From contig CAYPQZ010000005.1 in the NCBI GenBank assembly GCA_964413015.1, positions 1 to 63,068 on the forward strand: DNA of 63,068 bases, given 5' to 3'. The notes under the pieces were generated by a model. The model was not told the origin of the DNA, did not search any database, and worked only from the letters and a program-made list of their open reading frames with translations. This DNA is from an uncultured Candidatus Saccharibacteria bacterium. GTDB lineage: Bacteria; Patescibacteriota; Minisyncoccia; Portnoybacterales; UBA2143. Within the stretch, counting starts at the first letter, position 1. Each line of letters begins with the position of its first letter. The position numbers and the translations under genes are program-made. Of this stretch, positions 43,391-53,300 are shown piece by piece.

Positions 43391-43813
43391 ATGCCCCAAA
43401 AAGAAACTGATATCCAAAAAGTTGTCAATTATTACTTTAAAACCAAAGGATTAAGTTTGGATAAGCTTAAAGATGACATCAAAAAAAAGGAAATTATCTA
43501 TTCTCGGCATACCCGGGCAGCCAAACAGCTTTTGGAATTAGCCGGTTCTCTCCGAGACGCCAAAAAAGCAATTGATAAAGTGGCTAAATGGGCCAAATCA
43601 CGCAACCTGGACTATGCCATTGAGACCGTTTTCAAAAAATGGCTAGAGCTGGACAAACTTAAGCCCAAGGAAATAGTCAAGAAGCCCTTTTTCAGAAACC
43701 AGCCAATGATCTGGTCAGCCAGCCGGAAAAAATGGTATGTGGTCAGCCAGGATGACGAATGGAAAGAATTCGCCGGCAAAGAATCAGACATTAAATGGAA
43801 AATTGTAAAATAA
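43391..43813 (+). CDS. Hypothetical basic protein
   Basis: The ORF track starts at 43358, inside the repeat arm. The second Met (MPQKETDIQK..) is the more likely start. Confidence 0.45.
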   Translation: MPQKETDIQKVVNYYFKTKGLSLDKLKDDIKKKEIIYSRHTRAAKQLLELAGSLRDAKKAIDKVAKWAKSRNLDYAIETVFKKWLELDKLKPKEIVKKPFFRNQPMIWSASRKKWYVVSQDDEWKEFAGKESDIKWKIVK

Positions 43814-43820
43814 TAAAGAT

Positions 43821-44264
43821 ATGTTAGAAATACAGACTGGAGAAAACAATCCGATTCTGCGCCAAAAAGCGGAGAAGGTAGAAGGAATAAGCGCTGAGAT
43901 TAAGCAGCTAGCTTTAGATATGGCTGAAATGATAGAATCCGAGCCGAATGATATCGGCTTGGCGGCTCCGCAGGTCAACCATTCACTTTGCATTATTGTT
44001 GTCCAGCCCGACAAAAGCAAAAAAGCCCTTATTTTAATCAACCCTGAAATAAAGAAGGTTTCAACTAAAAAAGAAACTATGCCCGAAGGGTGTTTAAGCT
44101 TGCCCAATGTTATTGTTCCGGTTGAAAGGCCTTTTAAGATTACCGCTCAAGCGCTGGACCTGAAAGGGAATAAAATCAAAATAAAGGCCAAAGGCCTGTT
44201 TGCCCGGGTTATCCAGCATGAAGTTGATCACTTGCATGGAGTTTTGATTGTAGATTATCGTTAA
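43821..44264 (+). CDS. def: Peptide deformylase
   Basis: 147 aa, ..GLAAPQV.., ..EGCLSLP.., ..HEVDHLHG.. Confidence 0.9.
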   Translation: MLEIQTGENNPILRQKAEKVEGISAEIKQLALDMAEMIESEPNDIGLAAPQVNHSLCIIVVQPDKSKKALILINPEIKKVSTKKETMPEGCLSLPNVIVPVERPFKITAQALDLKGNKIKIKAKGLFARVIQHEVDHLHGVLIVDYR

Positions 44265-44275
44265 AAACGTTAAAC

Positions 44276-44404
44276 GACAGTCTTTAGAAAATTTAAGGAT
44301 TGTCATTGAGGATCACGTCCCTTTGCTGAAGGCGAAGGGCGTGTCTGCCTGTCCGCCTCTGGAGGGAAAGGACGACTCCTTAAATTTTGACAAGGACTGT
44401 CCTT
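44276..44404 (+). repeat. R6 structured element (outer arms AAAATTTAAGGAT / TCCTTAAATTTT, GC-rich core) between def and fmt
   Basis: Reverse complement aligns with 50240-50375. Ends in an AAGGACTGTCCTT site. Confidence 0.75.
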
Positions 44405-44411
44405 GCCATCA

Positions 44412-45284
44412 ATGAAAACAAAAATTATTTTTATTGGCACGGGAGAGTTTGCAGCCCCTATTTTAGAAAAATTAATTGAAAGCAGCTATCAAGTCAGAGC
44501 GGTCATTACCGCTCCCGACAAGCCGGCCGGCCGCCGGAATGAACTGGCCGCCTCGCCGGTCAAAAAAACAGCTCTAAAACACAAGCTAACTGTTTTGCAG
44601 CCCGATAAAATTTCTAACACTGAATCTCAAATTAAAAAACTGTCGCCTGATTTAATCATAACGGCCGATTACGGCCAAATAATTCCCCGGCAAATTCTGG
44701 AAATTCCTAAATCCGGCTGCCTGAATCTTCACCCGTCGCTCTTGCCTAAATACCGCGGACCCTCGCCTATCCAAACAGCCATCCTCAATGGCGATAAAAA
44801 AACCGGTTTGACCATTATTCTAATGGACGCCAAAATGGATCATGGCCCGATTGTCGCCCAAGAAGAAATGGTTATTCAAGATAACGATAATTCCCAAACT
44901 TTGGGAAAAAAGCTGTCTGAACAAGCGGCTGGACTGCTGGCAAAGACCCTGCCACGTTATTTGGAGAGAGAGATAGAACCATGCCTCCAATCAGAAAGCC
45001 GGGCTTCTTACACAAAAATCTTAACTCGTCAGAACGGACAAATTGATTTAAATAAAGAAGCCGAAAAAATTCAAAGAATGGTTCGGGCTTTTTATCCTTG
45101 GCCCGGCGCCTGGCTCATAATTAACGGCCGGCGGGTAAAAATCTTGAAAGCCAAGGCAGTTAATCAAAAAACTGAAGCAACCTTGGAGACCAAAAAAGGG
45201 TATTTGCTTCTAGAAATGGTCCAACCGGCCGGGAAAAAGCCAATGACTGGACAGGAATTCGCCAGAGGATATTTGCGTACTTAA
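44412..45284 (+). CDS. fmt: Methionyl-tRNA formyltransferase
   Basis: Start at MKTKIIFIGTGEFA. ..NLHPSLLPKYRGPSPIQ.. Confidence 0.9.
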   Translation: MKTKIIFIGTGEFAAPILEKLIESSYQVRAVITAPDKPAGRRNELAASPVKKTALKHKLTVLQPDKISNTESQIKKLSPDLIITADYGQIIPRQILEIPKSGCLNLHPSLLPKYRGPSPIQTAILNGDKKTGLTIILMDAKMDHGPIVAQEEMVIQDNDNSQTLGKKLSEQAAGLLAKTLPRYLEREIEPCLQSESRASYTKILTRQNGQIDLNKEAEKIQRMVRAFYPWPGAWLIINGRRVKILKAKAVNQKTEATLETKKGYLLLEMVQPAGKKPMTGQEFARGYLRT

Positions 45285-45305
45285 AGACAGTTAAGAGCCG
45301 CGCCT

Positions 45306-45429
45306 TGGAATATAAGGCCTTGCGAGAAAGACAATTTTTGAATCGTAGGCGTGGGCGAGCTGTTCGCGCAAAGCGCGAATAGGGCTAAGCGATTCAAAAA
45401 TTCGTCTTCGAGCAAAAGGCCATATTCCC
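45306..45429. repeat. R4 palindromic element, intergenic copy (about 39-nt imperfect inverted arms around a GC-rich core)
   Basis: GGAATATAAGGCCTTGCGAGAAAGACAATTTTTGAATCG ... CGATTCAAAAATTCGTCTTCGAGCAAAAGGCCATATTCC. Confidence 0.7.
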
Positions 45430-45513
45430 AACTCGTTTTGATAAGGACAGTCCTTATCTGCTTGCCATTGCCAAAATTTAAGGATTGCGTCTTGCTAATA
45501 AACAGCTTGCTAC

Positions 45514-45542
45514 TTGACCTTTACGATTCTCTCTGATAATCT
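45514..45542 (+). promoter_or_regulatory. Possible sigma-70-type promoter for rpsF (TTGACC-17 nt-TAATCT). It would give a near-leaderless mRNA.
   Basis: Hexamers read directly. The -10 ends 6 nt before ATG 45549, and no SD precedes the ATG. Confidence 0.3.
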
Positions 45543-45548
45543 GTTAAC

Positions 45549-46016
45549 ATGAATGAAGAGAAAAAATCATATCAATTAACCTGTTTTATCTCGCCTGATT
45601 TAAAGGAAGAAGAACTAAACGAAGCCATTAAGAAAATAGAGCAGTTGATTACTGGCGATGAAGGAGATGTCCAATATGCAGGAACTCCCGTTAGCAAAAG
45701 TCTGTCTTACAAGATAAATAAACATCAGGACGCTTTTTATTTCCTTCTAAATTTTCTTTTGCCGGCATCTAAAATAAGACAGCTCTGCCAAAAATTAAAC
45801 TTGGAAAAAAATATCCTCCGTTATTTAATCACCGTCCGGAAACAGCTTAAAGAAAACAAAGAGGTTAAAAAATCAAGCCGGATTAAAAAAGAACTTGATT
45901 CTAAAATGATTGACCGGATTGAGCCAATGCCCGAACCAGCCGCCAAAATCGAAAAAAAAGAGAAGTCCCGAATCCAGGAATTAGATAAAAAATTAGACGA
46001 AATCCTTAATCAATAG
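45549..46016 (+). CDS. rpsF: 30S ribosomal protein S6 with a basic/acidic C-terminal extension
   Basis: N-terminal ..YQLTCFISPDLKEEELNEAIKKIEQLI.. and rpsF-ssb-rpsR synteny. Confidence 0.8.
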   Translation: MNEEKKSYQLTCFISPDLKEEELNEAIKKIEQLITGDEGDVQYAGTPVSKSLSYKINKHQDAFYFLLNFLLPASKIRQLCQKLNLEKNILRYLITVRKQLKENKEVKKSSRIKKELDSKMIDRIEPMPEPAAKIEKKEKSRIQELDKKLDEILNQ

Positions 46017-46020
46017 CTAC

Positions 46021-46140
46021 AGCTACAAAATACGAATTTTGTACGAATATACTAATAAAGCTACGAGATACGAATTTTGTACAAATATACGAATCTTAAA
46101 TTCTGTTTTTCGTATATTTGTAATAAACTCGTAATTCGTA
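46021..46140 (+). promoter_or_regulatory. Direct/inverted repeat cluster upstream of ssb (32-nt direct repeat x2 plus an inverted partial copy)
   Basis: AGCTACAAAATACGAATTTTGTACGAATATAC (46021-46052) vs AGCTACGAGATACGAATTTTGTACAAATATAC (46059-46090). Inverted TTCGTATATTTGTA at 46109-46122. Confidence 0.4.
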
Positions 46141-46149
46141 GAGAAAAAC

Positions 46150-46665
46150 ATGAATTTCAATAAAGCTTTCGTTGTCGGCCGACTAACCCGCGATCCGGAA
46201 AGCAGAACCCTGCCTTCTGGACAAACAGTCGCCTCTTTTGGATTAGCTACCAATAGATTTTGGACCGACCAATCAGGTGAAAAAAAAGAATCTACTGAAT
46301 TCCATAATATAGTTGCTTTTGGAAAATTGTCTGATATTTGCTCGCGCTATCTTAATAAAGGACAATTAGTTTTAATTGAAGGGCGCATTCAGACAAGCTC
46401 CTGGGACGATAAAGACGGCAACAAAAGATACCGAACCGAAATTGTCGCGGAAAATATGCAGATGGGGCCCCGAAGCGGTCCCGCGCAAAACCAGAACACG
46501 CCAGCCCAAGACCAAAATCCTAATCTGAAAGACACCGAGGAAATCCCAGTTATTGAAGCTGAAGAGCCAATTCCAAACCAAGAAGAGCCAGCTCCTGACA
46601 ATTCGCCTCAAGAAGAATCTGCCACTAAAGAAGAGGAAGTTGATGTAAAGAATATCCCCTTTTAA
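46150..46665 (+). CDS. ssb: Single-stranded DNA-binding protein
   Basis: 171 aa, OB fold ..NKAFVVGRLTRDPE..TEFHNIVAFGKL.., acidic tail ending ..DVKNIPF. Confidence 0.9.
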   Translation: MNFNKAFVVGRLTRDPESRTLPSGQTVASFGLATNRFWTDQSGEKKESTEFHNIVAFGKLSDICSRYLNKGQLVLIEGRIQTSSWDDKDGNKRYRTEIVAENMQMGPRSGPAQNQNTPAQDQNPNLKDTEEIPVIEAEEPIPNQEEPAPDNSPQEESATKEEEVDVKNIPF

Positions 46666-46674
46666 TTTAATTCT

Positions 46675-46878
46675 ATGACGAAGTCTTGCTACTTTTGCCA
46701 ACAAAAAATAGAGGAAATTGATTATCAAGACACTGAATTGTTAAATCAATTTATTTCCGGCCAGGCAAAGATAATTTCTCCCAGACGAACCAACGTCTGC
46801 GCCAAACATCAGAGAAAACTGGCCAAAGCAATCAAAAAAGCCCGTATCATGGGCCTTTTGCCGTTTACTAGGAATTAA
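46675..46878 (+). CDS. rpsR: 30S ribosomal protein S18
   Basis: 67 aa, ..[40 protein letters not shown].. Confidence 0.9.
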   Translation: MTKSCYFCQQKIEEIDYQDTELLNQFISGQAKIISPRRTNVCAKHQRKLAKAIKKARIMGLLPFTRN

Positions 46879-46882
46879 TGCG

Positions 46883-46904
46883 AATAAAGGACTGCCCTTT
46901 TATT
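46883..46904. terminator. Bidirectional hairpin between convergent rpsR and recA (a GGACTGCCC-type site)
   Basis: AATAAAGG-ACTG-CCCTTTTATT. The 3-prime arm includes the recA stop codon. Confidence 0.45.
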
Positions 46905-47904
46905 GTACAGCCTTTATCGCCTTGACAATCTCCGTTGCTAAACGGGGATTTTCTTTTAAGTAGGACTTGGCACCCTCTATGCCCTGACCGAGCTTTTGCT
47001 TCTGGTAATTGAACCAAGCGCCTGACCGATTAATTACTCCCAAATTGACCCCGGTATTAATAATATCAGCCAGCCTGGAAATGCCTTCGTTGTAAAAGAT
47101 ATCAAATTCGGTCTGTCTGAAAGGCGGGGCCACCTTATTTTTGACCACCTTGGCCTTAATCCGATTTCCAATAATCTGATCGCCCTGCTTTATCTGCGCC
47201 GAACGCCGCAATTCCAAACGGACTGATGAATAAAATTTCAAGGCCTTGCCGCCCGGCGTATCTTCGGGGTTTCCAAACATTATTCCTATTTTCAACCTTA
47301 TCTGGTTTATAAAAATAATTGTGGTTCCGCTTTTAGCAGTAATAGCGGTAAGTTTCCTCAAGGCCTGACTCATTAAACGCGCCTGCAAACCAATGTGCTG
47401 CTGGCCCATCTCGCCCTCAATTTCAACCCGGGGCGTCAAAGCGGCCACCGAATCAACCACCACAATATCAACCGCCCCTGATTTAACCAAGCTTTCTAGG
47501 ATTTCCAGCGCCTGCTCTCCAGTGTCCGGCTGAGAAATCAGCAAATCATTGATCTTAACCCCTATTTTCTTAGCGTACTCCGGATCCAGAGCGTGTTCCG
47601 CATCAATAAAAGCGGCCAATCCGCCTTTTTTTTGCGCCTCAGAAACAATGTGAAGCGCCAGAGTGGTTTTACCGCCGGATTCAGGCCCAAAAATTTCAAT
47701 AATCCGCCCCTTAGGCATGCCGCCTACTCCCAAAGCCAAATCCAGAGAGATGGAGCCGGTTGGAATAGCGTCAACATCAACATGCCTGGCTTCTCCTAAT
47801 TTCATAATCGCCCCTTCGCCAAAACGTCCCTTGATTTCATCAACGGTTGCCTCCAAGATTTTTTCTCGGTCACCTTTTTTGTCTTTTGGTTCATCTTTCG
47901 TCAT
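46900..47904 (-). CDS. recA: Recombinase RecA
   Basis: 334 aa, ..[15 protein letters not shown].., ..VVVDSVAAL.., ..IFINQIR.. Confidence 0.95.
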   Translation of the reverse strand: MTKDEPKDKKGDREKILEATVDEIKGRFGEGAIMKLGEARHVDVDAIPTGSISLDLALGVGGMPKGRIIEIFGPESGGKTTLALHIVSEAQKKGGLAAFIDAEHALDPEYAKKIGVKINDLLISQPDTGEQALEILESLVKSGAVDIVVVDSVAALTPRVEIEGEMGQQHIGLQARLMSQALRKLTAITAKSGTTIIFINQIRLKIGIMFGNPEDTPGGKALKFYSSVRLELRRSAQIKQGDQIIGNRIKAKVVKNKVAPPFRQTEFDIFYNEGISRLADIINTGVNLGVINRSGAWFNYQKQKLGQGIEGAKSYLKENPRLATEIVKAIKAVQ

Positions 47905-47922
47905 AATACTAAATTTTAAATA

Positions 47923-50142
47923 CTAAACTTCGTTCTCCCCCTTATCAACAAAAACATTTCTTGGTTTGGCTCCGTCAGCCGGACCAACCACGCCCTGCTC
48001 TTCTAAGATATCCAGTAGACGGGCCGCCCGGGCGTAACCGACCCGTAAACGGCGCTGAAGCAGAGAAGCCGAGGCCTTGCCGGCCTGAATGACAATCTCT
48101 TTGGCTTCCTCACAAAGTTCGTCTTCCATATCGGAATTGCCGAAACTATCGGCCATTTTTATATGTCCCGGACCCGATTCAAGAGTTACTTCGTCTTGGT
48201 AATTAGGAGCCTGGGTTTCTCTTAAATAGTCGGCAACCCGTTTAACTTCTTTGTCGGAAATATACGAACCCTGAATCCGGCATGGCTTAGCTGAATTGCC
48301 CGATAGGAAAAGCATATCGCCGTTGCCTAAAAGCTTTTCCGAGCCGGCCATATCTAAAATGGTTCTGGAGTCAATCTGGGAAGCCACCTGAAAGGCCATC
48401 CGCGAAGTGATATTCGCTTTAATCAACCCTGTAATAACTTCCACTGAAGGCCGCTGTGTGGAAACCACTAAATGAATTCCCACCGCTCGGGCCATCTGGG
48501 CCAGACGGACAATCGCCGCTTCTGCTTCTCTGCCAAAAGACGACATCAAGTCGGCCAACTCGTCAATAATAATCACTAGATAAGGCATTGTCTCGGTATC
48601 CTGATTGCTAATCCTGCAATAGGCCCCGATATCTCGTTTGCCCGCCTCTTGAAGAATTTCAAAACGCCTTTCCATTTCGCTTACCGCCCAGCGCAAAGAA
48701 CTAACCGCTTTATCAGACTGAACAATTACCGGAGCCATCAAATGAGGAATTGAGTTATAAGCGGTTAATTCAACTCTTTTAGGGTCAATCAAAATCATTT
48801 TTAAATTATCCGGAGAGTTGCGGTAAAGCAAGCTGATAATTAAATTATTCAAAGCGATAGTCTTCCCAGTACCAGTGGCTCCAGCAACCAGTAAATGAGG
48901 CATCTGGGCTAAATCGGCAAACATTGGATTACCAGCTACGTCCCTGCCCAAAGCAAAGGTCAAAGGAGCCGACTCACGAAAAGTCGGCCTCTCCAAAAGA
49001 GTATACAGCCGGACTAAAACAATTGATTTGTTGGGAATCTCTATGCCGACTAAAGGACGACCCGGAATTGGCGCTTCAATCCGCAAGGGATGAGCTGCCA
49101 GAGCTAAAGACAAGTCGTTCTGCAAAGCGGTAATCCGGGAAAGTTTTATCCCTTGGGCCGGCCTTAAGGTATACTGGGTAACTGTCGGCCCGATATTGAC
49201 TTCCGCCATTTCCACTTCAATACCAAAATTTTCCAAAGTTCGCTTGATAATATTAATATTGGCTTTAATGTCTCCACTGGTCGGCTGTCCCTTGTCTTTC
49301 TCCAAAAAATCAAGGGGCGGCAGTTTGAAATCCCCTGACGCCTTTTTGTAAACAACGCTTGAACTGGTTTTAAAGTCAACCGGGGTAATCGCGCCACCGG
49401 CCTTTTCTTTGCCCTTGATTCTTTCTTCCGAAGAGGCCTTGTTCCCCAAGAGCCTGTCTCCCGACTCGGAAATTGTTTCCGATTTATCTTTGCTTCTTTT
49501 AAATTTCTGCCATAAACTAATTTTCTCGCCATTCAAGGAGATGCTTTTATCAGTTTGTTCCGCCTCTTGAGAAGGCTCCAAAAGCGGTTTTTCTTTTTTT
49601 GAAGGAATTAGAGAAATGTTGAAAATAACTAAAATGGAAATTATTAAAAGAGCCAGCAGAATTATCAGCCCGGCCCAAAATCCCAGGTATTCTGCCAACG
49701 GATAGCCAAAAAGAAAACCAAGGTAGCCGCCGGCGGGAATAGTGTCTCCGTTGCCTAAAATATGTAAAACGCCTAGTACGCTGAAAATGAAAATAAAAAC
49801 ACCGATGAAAATTGTTTTGTAGGCCGGTTCAGGTTTACCGGTTTCGGTAAGTTTAACTGACGGCTTCTTTAATTTGGGCGAAAGAATCGCCAAGCCGATT
49901 ATCACAAAACTGACCGGAATTAACAAGAATCCCCTGCCAAAAAACAACTGGCTGAATTCAAAAAAGTGCTGGCCAAAAGTTCCAGCGCAATTAAAAAAAC
50001 TCAAGAAGCTGATTACTGCCAAGGTAAAAAAAGTTACCGTCAAGATGCCTCTTTTAGTTTCAGAATGAAGGGCCGCTTTTTTATCCTTCAGCTTCTTGTT
50101 TTTTACCAGCCGGTCCTTTTTTTTAGAACGCTTTTTTGACAT
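47923..50142 (-). CDS. ftsK: DNA translocase FtsK/SpoIIIE
   Basis: 739 aa, N-terminal TM domain, ..HLLVAGATGTGKT.., ..LVIIIDELADLM.., C-terminal gamma winged helix ..ASASLLQRRLRVGYARAARLLD.. Confidence 0.9.
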   Translation of the reverse strand: MSKKRSKKKDRLVKNKKLKDKKAALHSETKRGILTVTFFTLAVISFLSFFNCAGTFGQHFFEFSQLFFGRGFLLIPVSFVIIGLAILSPKLKKPSVKLTETGKPEPAYKTIFIGVFIFIFSVLGVLHILGNGDTIPAGGYLGFLFGYPLAEYLGFWAGLIILLALLIISILVIFNISLIPSKKEKPLLEPSQEAEQTDKSISLNGEKISLWQKFKRSKDKSETISESGDRLLGNKASSEERIKGKEKAGGAITPVDFKTSSSVVYKKASGDFKLPPLDFLEKDKGQPTSGDIKANINIIKRTLENFGIEVEMAEVNIGPTVTQYTLRPAQGIKLSRITALQNDLSLALAAHPLRIEAPIPGRPLVGIEIPNKSIVLVRLYTLLERPTFRESAPLTFALGRDVAGNPMFADLAQMPHLLVAGATGTGKTIALNNLIISLLYRNSPDNLKMILIDPKRVELTAYNSIPHLMAPVIVQSDKAVSSLRWAVSEMERRFEILQEAGKRDIGAYCRISNQDTETMPYLVIIIDELADLMSSFGREAEAAIVRLAQMARAVGIHLVVSTQRPSVEVITGLIKANITSRMAFQVASQIDSRTILDMAGSEKLLGNGDMLFLSGNSAKPCRIQGSYISDKEVKRVADYLRETQAPNYQDEVTLESGPGHIKMADSFGNSDMEDELCEEAKEIVIQAGKASASLLQRRLRVGYARAARLLDILEEQGVVGPADGAKPRNVFVDKGENEV

Positions 50143-50163
50143 AGACTAAGAATAAGGCGATTA

Positions 50164-50227
50164 GAGGACAGTCCTTAAAATGATGTCCCTTGAGCACAAG
50201 GGCGTCATTTTAAAGACTGTTCTTATC
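50164..50227 (-). repeat. R5 long-hairpin repeat, copy 3
   Basis: Near-identical to 33744-33807 and 40884-40947. Confidence 0.8.
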
Positions 50228-50239
50228 AGATTGTCTTAT

Positions 50240-50375
50240 CAGTTTCCCCTTGTCAAAATTTAAGGATTCCTCCTTTTCCTCCAGAGGCGGATAGGCGGAC
50301 ACGCCCTTCGCTTTCGGCGTAAGGTCACTACTCTCAATGGCAATCCTTAAATTTCCTTAAAGACAGCTCTTAAAT
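50240..50375 (-). repeat. R6 structured element between rpoC and ftsK (same orientation relative to transcription as the def-fmt copy)
   Basis: Reverse complement aligns with 44276-44404, with differences that keep the inner stems (CCUU-A-CGC/GCG-AAGG vs CCCUU-UGC/GCG-AAGGG; GGCG/CGCC vs GGCG/UGCC). Confidence 0.75.
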
Positions 50376-50396
50376 TTTTAAACTGCTTCTGCAATT

Positions 50397-53300
50397 TTAA
50401 GTTTTCTGAAATCCTGTCCCTGCTGGTATCAGTTTACCAATAATTACATTTTCCTTCAATCCCTTCAGCTTATCCTTTTTGCCCTGAACACTAGCGTCAA
50501 TTAAAACGCGAGTTGTCTCAATGAAAGAAGCGGCCGAAAGGAAGCTTTCGGTAGTCAAAGAAACCTTGGTAATGCCTAATAGCAATTGGCTCCCAATCGC
50601 CAATTTGCCTTTTTTATTAGTCATCCGGTTATTTTCCCTTTGGAAAAGGTTCTTTTCTACGACTGAATCAGCTAAGAGATTGGTTCCGCCCGGATTTTTA
50701 ACCTTAATACGGGAAAACATCTGCCTGACAATCATTTCAATATGCTTGTCATCTATGTTCTCCCCGGCAAAGGTGTAAATCTTCTGAACTTCCCTGACAA
50801 TGTAACGCTGGACTGCTTCGGCGCCGGCTGTTTTGTAAAGCTCTTTTAAATCAATGTTTCCTTCTCCTAACTGCTGTCCCTTGGAAACCAAATCCCCTTT
50901 ACTTACGCTGGCTATTGTCTTGCCCGGCAAACTATATTCCAAAAGATTCTTGCTTTTCTTTTTAACTTTCCCGCCTGCAACGCTATGCGCAGCATTGCGG
51001 ACAGGTGACTTTTTCCCTGAAGTTTTACGCTCCTCCATCGGTTCTATCTGGACAATTTTTTGGCTGCCGCTTTCAACAATTTCTTTGACCTGTCCGTCAA
51101 CTTCCGAAATAACCGCCTTGCCTTTAGGTGGACGGGCCTCAAAAATTTCCTCAACCCGGGGCAGGCCTTGAGTAATATCCTGACCGCCAGCCACTCCACC
51201 GGTATGGAAAGTCCTTAAAGTCAGCTGGGTCCCCGGCTCGCCAATCGCCTGAGCAGTAATAATCCCGACGGCTTCGCCCAGTTCAACTGTCCGGTTGCGT
51301 CCTAAATCATAACCGTAGCATTTCTGACAAATCCCGTTCAGCGACTGACAGCTGATTGCTGAACGGACTCTTAATTTTCCTATCCCGGCTTCATCTATTT
51401 CCTGGGCCATTCGTTTGTCAATTGTCTGTCCCGGTCTGGCTAAAATTTTCCCTGCTTTCTTAGGATGGACAACCTTTTCCAGACAGGTTCTTCGGTAAAT
51501 TCGCGAAGCAAAAGAATTTCCCATATCTTCTTCATCCTCGCGATAGACATAAATTCCCTTTTTGTCCCCGCAGTCATTTTCGCAAACAACAATATCCTGA
51601 CAAACATCAACCAGCCGCCTGGTCAAATACCCGGCGGTAGCCGTTTTCAAAGCGGTATCGGCTAATCCCTTACGTCCGCCGTGAGTGGAAATAAAATACT
51701 CTAAAACGCTAAAGCCTTCCTTATACGAGCTTCTAATGGGCAGTTCAATGGTTTCTCCGGCCGGATTAATAACCAGGCCTTTCATACCCATCATTTGAGT
51801 AAGCTGGCTTAAAGAGCCTCGGGCTTTCGAATCATAAATATTAAAAATGGAGCTTTTGGCGTTAATGACTTCGGGAATCCGTTTGGCTACTTTATCGGTG
51901 GTATTCAGCCAGATTTCAATTATCCGCGATTTCCTTTCCGACTCGGTCAAAAGGCCGCTTTCATACTGATTCTGAACCGCCACCTGCTCTTTATGGGCCT
52001 GTTTGAGCCATTCCTGTTTTTCTTTAGGGACATTTAAGTCATCCATGCCCCAGCTGATTCCCGAGACAGTAGCATACTTAAAGCCCATCCGCTTGATTCT
52101 ATCAAGGATTGAAGCCGTCTTTTTGATACCGACCGATTCTATTAATTCTGAAATAAGCTTATGCAAATCTCGGGACCGCATGGTTTCGTTAATGAAGCCG
52201 GCTTCAGCGGGCAGGGGTTCGTTAAAAATGATTCGGCCGACCGAAGTTTCAATAATCTCATTGTTTTCCATGCGTACCTTAATCCGGGCTTTCAAATGAA
52301 CATTGCCAAAGTGCTTAGCCATTAAGGCCTCTGAAGGACTGGAGAAAATCTTATCCTGTCCGGGCAAGTCATCTTCAATCTTGGTCATCCAGTAACATCC
52401 TAAAATCATATCTTGAGTTGGGATAGCCACTGGATTGCCGGTAGCCGGCTTCAAAAGATTCTCTGAAGAAAGCATTATTTCCTTGGCCTCCGTCTGGGCC
52501 TCTTCACTTAAAGGCAGATGGACCGCCATCTGGTCTCCGTCAAAGTCAGCGTTAAAGGCCCGGCAGACTAAAGGATGTATCTGAATAGCGTTGCCCTCAA
52601 TTAAAACCGGCTGAAAGGCCTGGATACCTAAACGGTGCAGAGTTGGCGCTCGATTCAGAAGGACATAACGGTCCTTGGTAACTTCTTCCAAGATGCCCCA
52701 GACTTCGTCTATTTCTTCTTCAATCAACCGACCCGCTCCCCGGACATTATGGGCCAGACCGCGCTCAACCAACTTGTTGATAATAAAGGGTTTGAAAAGT
52801 TCCAGGGCCATATACTTAGGCAAACCACATTGATTCAGCTTCAAATCCGGGCCAACCACAATTACCGAACGGCCTGAATAGTCCACTCGTTTGCCCAGCA
52901 GGTTCTGCCTGAACCGGCCCTGCTTGCCTTTAAGCCCATCGGTCAATGACTTAAGAATCCTTTTTTGTCCGGTAGAAGCGGCCACCATAACTTGTCCTCG
53001 TCGGCTGGTATTGTCAATCAAGGCATCCACCGCTTCTTGAAGCATTCTTTTTTCATTCCGGCAGATAACTTCCGGAGCATTAAGTTCTATCAGACGTTTA
53101 AGTCGGTTGTTCCGGTTAATTACCCGACGATACAAATCATTCACGTCGGAAGTAGCAAAACGGCCTCCGTCCAGTTGGACCATCGGTCTTAAATCAGGCG
53201 GCAAAACCGGCAGCACGGTCAAAAAGAACCATTCAGGCCTGAGCCTGGCTTCAATCATCCCTTTAACTAGGTTTAATCTCTTCAAATGCTTCTTATTTGC

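Noticed and set aside
44387-44392. TTGACA hexamers inside the R6/R5 repeats (also 50251-50256 and 33829-33834 on the minus strand) as -35 promoter boxes
   Set aside because: At 44387 the hexamer is only 20 nt from the fmt ATG, too close for a spacer, a -10 box and a leader. At 50256 the hexamer at 17-nt spacing is CAATCT, a poor -10. The TTGACA is part of the conserved repeat, not independent evidence for a promoter.
46023-46253. 76-aa minus-strand ORF across the rpsF-ssb spacer
   Set aside because: It is composed of the repeat cluster plus antisense of the ssb 5-prime end. Not credible as a gene.
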